Positions 59,834-64,000 of a stretch of DNA of 64,000 nucleotides are shown piece after piece. The notes below the pieces were generated by a model. It had not been told where the DNA came from, ran no database searches, and was given only the letters and a program-made list of their open reading frames with translations. Origin of the DNA: Candidatus Bathyarchaeia archaeon (lineage in GTDB: Archaea; Thermoproteota; Bathyarchaeia; Bathyarchaeales; Bathycorpusculaceae); assembly GCA_038883715.1 (NCBI GenBank), contig JAVZLS010000003.1, forward strand, positions 61,160-125,159. Direction: 5' to 3'. A program made the position numbers and the translations under genes. The stretch's first letter is position 1. Each line of letters begins with the position of its first letter.

Positions 59834-61150
59834 CTAGCGGATTCTTATGTACTGGTAGGCCTCTGTTGCGTTCTCGAAGCAGTAGTGCACTTTCTGGTAG
59901 TCTTTTCTGAACTCCGCCACGTCAATGGCTACCTTTTCTGGTGGTTCCTTATCTATTACCACGCGTTTTATGAATTCGGCTATTTCCACCATCTCCGACT
60001 CTCTCATTCCAAGCCTTGTGACCTCCGAAACGCCCAGTCTTATGCCGCCTGGATGCTGGAAGTGGCGTCCCTCCTTAATGTCCCATGGCAACAGATTCCT
60101 ATTGATAATTATGTTTGCCTTTTCCAATGTTTCTTCTATGGTGCCCCCATCGCCGTACTTTGTTATGTCTATTAGAATCACGTGGGATTCCGTGAAGCCC
60201 TTATGTTCAGCCAATACGTTGAAGCCTCTCTCATACAATGCTTGGGCTAAAGCCTTTGCATTTTTAACAACTTGGCGTGCATATTCTCTTCCAAACTCAA
60301 GCAGCTCTGCTGCGGCAATTGCCACACCAGCCACTGCATGCAAGTGGTGGTTGCTCACCATTCCAGGAAAGGTGGCACGCTTTATCTTGTCGGCGTGCTT
60401 CTCCCAAGACAAGACTGCACCGTGTTGAGGTCCAAAAAACGTTTTGTGAGTACTTAAACTTACAACGTCAGCACCCTCGCGGAGAGGATCTTGGAAACAC
60501 TTTCCAGCGATTAAACCAGCAACATGGGCAGCATCATAACCGACGGTTCCCCCCACTGCGCGTATAGTGTCTGCCAACTCTTTTACTGGGTGGGGGAATG
60601 GGAAGACGCTGGCTCCAAACATCACAAGTTTAGGAGGCTTTCCTTCCGCCGCAAGTTTTTCTATCCTTTGCTTCGCCTTATCCACGTCGATGTTTAACTC
60701 TTTGTAGTCCAAAGGTAAGTATTCAACCACTAAACCGTGAACCGCGCCCGCTGTACCCCCAAGTTCCTTCTTGCCCATTGTTATATGCCCACCACAAGGT
60801 ATGGACAAAGCCATCATCACATCGCCCGGCTCAGTGAAAGCCGTATAAACAACAAGGTTTGCCACAACACCAGAAATGGGACGCACATCCACGAACTCCG
60901 CGTCAAAAAGCCTCTTCATAAGCTCAATACATTTGAACTCAACTTGGTCTATGAAGCGGCATCCAGCATAAACCCTTTCTCCAGGCCAACCTTCAGCGTA
61001 TCTGTTTCCAAAATCTGTTGTTAATGCTTCACGCACCGCTGGGCTCGGTATATTTTCACTTGCTATTAGGGGGATGCATTCTCGGAACCATGCATGGTGC
61101 TTCTGCAGAACATCCAACACAAACTGATATTCTTCGCGTGGGGTTGGCAT
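59834..61150 (-). CDS. glyA: Serine hydroxymethyltransferase
   Basis: LIASEN, RYAEG, YDAAH, STHKT, GIRLG. Confidence 0.96.
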   Translation of the reverse strand: MPTPREEYQFVLDVLQKHHAWFRECIPLIASENIPSPAVREALTTDFGNRYAEGWPGERVYAGCRFIDQVEFKCIELMKRLFDAEFVDVRPISGVVANLVVYTAFTEPGDVMMALSIPCGGHITMGKKELGGTAGAVHGLVVEYLPLDYKELNIDVDKAKQRIEKLAAEGKPPKLVMFGASVFPFPHPVKELADTIRAVGGTVGYDAAHVAGLIAGKCFQDPLREGADVVSLSTHKTFFGPQHGAVLSWEKHADKIKRATFPGMVSNHHLHAVAGVAIAAAELLEFGREYARQVVKNAKALAQALYERGFNVLAEHKGFTESHVILIDITKYGDGGTIEETLEKANIIINRNLLPWDIKEGRHFQHPGGIRLGVSEVTRLGMRESEMVEIAEFIKRVVIDKEPPEKVAIDVAEFRKDYQKVHYCFENATEAYQYIRIR

Positions 61151-61273
61151 TAACATACCTCGCTTCATTATCGCCTTTACAGAAATAAAACTGTTTTGAA
61201 CAACAACGCAAGGTTAATAATGGAGAAGTCTAAAGGTTTAAAGTGCTAAAGACTGTTTGGAGACGATTTACTA

Positions 61274-61444
61274 ATGAGTAAGAAAAAGAAGAAAAGCGAA
61301 TCAGCGCCAATGCCCGCCGCAAGCGCCGGATTGCTGCGGTTTTTTGAAGAAGAAACTGAAGGCGTTAAAGTCAAACCAGAAATTCTAATAGCTGCAGCCA
61401 TAGCCCTAATAGTGATATGTGTTTTGGCGCGCCTACTTTTCTAG
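61274..61444 (+). CDS. Protein translocase Sec61-beta (not in ORF track, 56 aa)
   Basis: Manual translation MSKKKKKSESAPMPAASAGLLRFFEEETEGVKVKPE plus a TM helix. Confidence 0.92.
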   Translation: MSKKKKKSESAPMPAASAGLLRFFEEETEGVKVKPEILIAAAIALIVICVLARLLF

Positions 61445-61455
61445 GCTTTACTCTT

Positions 61456-61743
61456 TTAGCGGCGAGAAGTTGAGTGTAAAATTTCAATTCTCTGAACGGA
61501 ATTTAAGTGAATGAATATTTCGCTACGCTCCTCTCTGCTCGCAACCTGTGGGATAGGCTGAGCAATTGTCGCCCGTAGAACTATGGCTTCAGCGTTTGAA
61601 AGCCATATGCCGGCTGGTTCACGAGTTACTGCCGCCAAAGTTCCCTCAAAACCATAGGAAGGGTCTAAGATAACGCGGATGCTCTTTCCAAGGTTTTTCT
61701 CAAGCATATGAAATATTGTCGGGGGGAGGGATTGTTCGGGCAT
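61456..61743 (-). CDS. Divergent Sm/LSm-fold protein
   Basis: LEKNLGKSIRVILD...FEGTL...WLSNAE...EIFIHLNSVQRIE pattern. Confidence 0.6.
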   Translation of the reverse strand: MPEQSLPPTIFHMLEKNLGKSIRVILDPSYGFEGTLAAVTREPAGIWLSNAEAIVLRATIAQPIPQVASREERSEIFIHLNSVQRIEILHSTSRR

Positions 61744-61912
61744 AGCACCAGCAAAACTATAGACGGCTTTCAAAGATAAAACACTTGCTCTTCAAATTAA
61801 CATTTAGTGCAACCACAAGGGCACCTTTCCTCAAAAATTCTTTGTTCTTTCAAAATTTATGCAACACTTTAATATGTCTATACACCTTCAGAAACTCTTT
61901 GAGCGGATAAGC

Positions 61913-63724
61913 GTGGCTAACGATGCCTCTTTAAGCCAGTATTTAGATAAGGCGGTTAAACACTATTCATCGCTTTTTAGGCTTCCATCGTATAAAAGGA
62001 CAGTCCAACTTCTGGCCGCGTTTTGTGTAGTATGCGGTTTTTTGTCGACTTTTACTCTCCAAGCTTCTGGACTGGTTTCTGGGATGCTTTTGGGTTTTAC
62101 GCTGTTTTTCATGACGCTTCTTGCAGACTATCTTTTGGCGCTGTTTGTATTAAAAAAGGACCCAATTTATGACTTGAGAAGGACCGCTGCTCTTTCCCTG
62201 TTCTGCTGGGGATTGTGGCTTTTCTTCATCGCCACGGGCTGTGCTGTAACCTATTTTACGGCTTTTCCGTTGTGGGCGGTCAGGCTTTGCCTTCTAGGTT
62301 TTTCAGCTGTTTTGATATCCCGCATTATCGTTTTATACTCAACATCATCCATGAGTTATCCGCGCTTTTTGTTAGCCTCTTTTCTCCCGCCTTTTCTATG
62401 CCTAATCCCTTTCATGTTTTTATGGTGGTTTAATAATGCCAATATTCCAGCAATTCTGAGTTTTTCAGCTGTTGCGTCAGCCGTTGCTTTAGCCTCCGGC
62501 TTCGCTTTTATTTTCCTTTTGAATTTTATTGGAAAACGCTCTATTGGTGAACAGTCGATTCCCATTTTTAGAGCTTTCCTACTTAATTGGGTTGCAGACC
62601 TAAACGCGCCCTTCGAAGTTTTCCTCGAAAAATTGAGCGAGGAACACAATATTGAGGTTTCAATAATAAAATTTGACTGTTCAAAACCCGTGTTTATTGT
62701 TGTCCCGTCAGTGCACCCGGGGCCGTTCAAAAATGTTGGTAGTAGCCTTTTGCCTTTCATGCTTAAAACGGCTTTAGAGCAAAAGTTTGACGGTGTCGCA
62801 TGTGTGCCATTGGGTTTGCTGGGCCACGAGCTTGATGTGGCTTCCCAAAGCCAAGTTCAGAAAATTATTACCAGCACCCTTGAATCAGCAGATATTACGG
62901 CGAAGGAGGCTAAGGCCACCCCCTTCATTAAAATTAGTAACGGTTTAGCCACTGTCTGCTGCCAAGTTTTCGGCAAAAACGCGTTAATCGCGTTTTCCCT
63001 AGCTCCGAAAACCACAGAGGATTTTCCACAAGAATTAGGCGACAATGTTCGAAAAGAGGCTGAAAAACTCGGTTTAGAATATTGCGTTCCCATCAACGCA
63101 CACAACAGCATAAACGGCATTGTGGACACGCAAGCAGCGTTAGATGCATTGAAAAATGTTGCTGCTAACTGCTTAAAAGAAACTATCTCTGCGCGGCCTA
63201 CCTCATTTAAAGTGGGTGCTGCCACCGTCTTGCCAAAGGAGTTCAGCATTAAGGACGGAATGGGTCTGGGTGGCATAACAGTGGTTGCTATTGAGGCTGG
63301 TTTGCAGAAAGTCGCCTATGTAATTGTTGACGGGAATAATATGGTTGCGGGCTTGAGGGAAAAAATTTTGGATGCGCTCAAGCCGCTAGGCTTTGCTGAT
63401 GGTGAGGTTTTCACTACGGACACGCATGCTGTTAATGCCGTGACGTTTAATGAGCGCGGATACCATCCTGTGGGCGAGGTCATAGGTCATGAGAAGCTTA
63501 TTGGCTACATAGTTGAAGCTGCAAAGGGCGCGCTGGCAAGCCTGGAGCCAGCCAAGTTTGGGTGCAGAAAAACGCTTGTTCCTGGCGTGAAGGTTATTGG
63601 GCGGAAATCAATGGAGAAATTGTGTGTACTCACAGACAAAATTATTCAAACTGCAAAGAGGATAATTGTTCCCCTGTTCGGGGCGGCCTTTCTCGTTTTA
63701 ACGTTGATTTCACTTTATGTTTAG
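61913..63724 (+). CDS. DUF2070 family membrane protein
   Basis: N-terminal TMs, VHPGPF...GSS, NAHN, DGNN, TTDTH; start uncertain (61859-61913). Confidence 0.88.
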   Translation: MANDASLSQYLDKAVKHYSSLFRLPSYKRTVQLLAAFCVVCGFLSTFTLQASGLVSGMLLGFTLFFMTLLADYLLALFVLKKDPIYDLRRTAALSLFCWGLWLFFIATGCAVTYFTAFPLWAVRLCLLGFSAVLISRIIVLYSTSSMSYPRFLLASFLPPFLCLIPFMFLWWFNNANIPAILSFSAVASAVALASGFAFIFLLNFIGKRSIGEQSIPIFRAFLLNWVADLNAPFEVFLEKLSEEHNIEVSIIKFDCSKPVFIVVPSVHPGPFKNVGSSLLPFMLKTALEQKFDGVACVPLGLLGHELDVASQSQVQKIITSTLESADITAKEAKATPFIKISNGLATVCCQVFGKNALIAFSLAPKTTEDFPQELGDNVRKEAEKLGLEYCVPINAHNSINGIVDTQAALDALKNVAANCLKETISARPTSFKVGAATVLPKEFSIKDGMGLGGITVVAIEAGLQKVAYVIVDGNNMVAGLREKILDALKPLGFADGEVFTTDTHAVNAVTFNERGYHPVGEVIGHEKLIGYIVEAAKGALASLEPAKFGCRKTLVPGVKVIGRKSMEKLCVLTDKIIQTAKRIIVPLFGAAFLVLTLISLYV

Positions 63725-63782
63725 CTAAACACTAATAAGGGAAGCGGCTTAACCTTCCAATTCTCGAGAAGGGTTGAAAAGC

Positions 63783-64000
63783 TTGCTTAGAGAAATTAGG
63801 ATACATGGTAGAGGTGGGCAAGGCGCTGTCACAGCCGCACAACTGTTAGCCCACGCGGCTCACATTGAGGGCGAATACGTTCAAGCTTTCCCATATTTTG
63901 GGGCTGAACGCAGAGGCGCCCCAGTTAAAGCCTTCGCCAGAATAAGCGACGCGCCCATTCTCCTCCACAGCCAAGTCTACAACCCAGACTATGTGGTGGT
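63783..64000 (+). CDS. 2-oxoacid:ferredoxin oxidoreductase gamma subunit (partial, runs off window)
   Basis: Manual translation [23 protein letters not shown]...[10 protein letters not shown]. Confidence 0.93.
   Translation, partial: MLREIRIHGRGGQGAVTAAQLLAHAAHIEGEYVQAFPYFGAERRGAPVKAFARISDAPILLHSQVYNPDYVV

Overview
Gene-dense core chromosomal segment of an archaeon, most likely Bathyarchaeia (TACK). This is inferred from the combination of PolD DP1/DP2, Elf1, a crenarchaeal-loop tRNA splicing endonuclease, and archaeal r-proteins and lipid synthases. It holds two ribosomal/translocation clusters (rnp4-yhbY-S19e-PDCD5-L39e-L31e-eIF6-LX-pfdA-ftsY and secE-spt5-L11-L1-L10-L12), tRNA-splicing genes (archease, rtcB, endA), three tRNAs (two with introns, one non-canonical in the D arm), a speD-bpsA branched-polyamine operon, transporters and housekeeping enzymes. 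The replication origin lies at about 48.4-49.1 kb (cdc6 plus three ORB boxes), with DP1 and DP2 on either side. The most notable uncharacterised element sits just right of oriC: three unknown DNA-binding-type genes, one with a membrane anchor, coiled coil and winged helix, around a 270-bp stretch with 14 copies of a YGTRAY hexamer in 7-bp-phased direct and inverted pairs. This is a candidate origin-anchoring or segregation system. Three genes carry apparent 1-nt deletions, and rpl10 appears to start at CTG. No CRISPR array, transposase, integrase or rRNA was seen.
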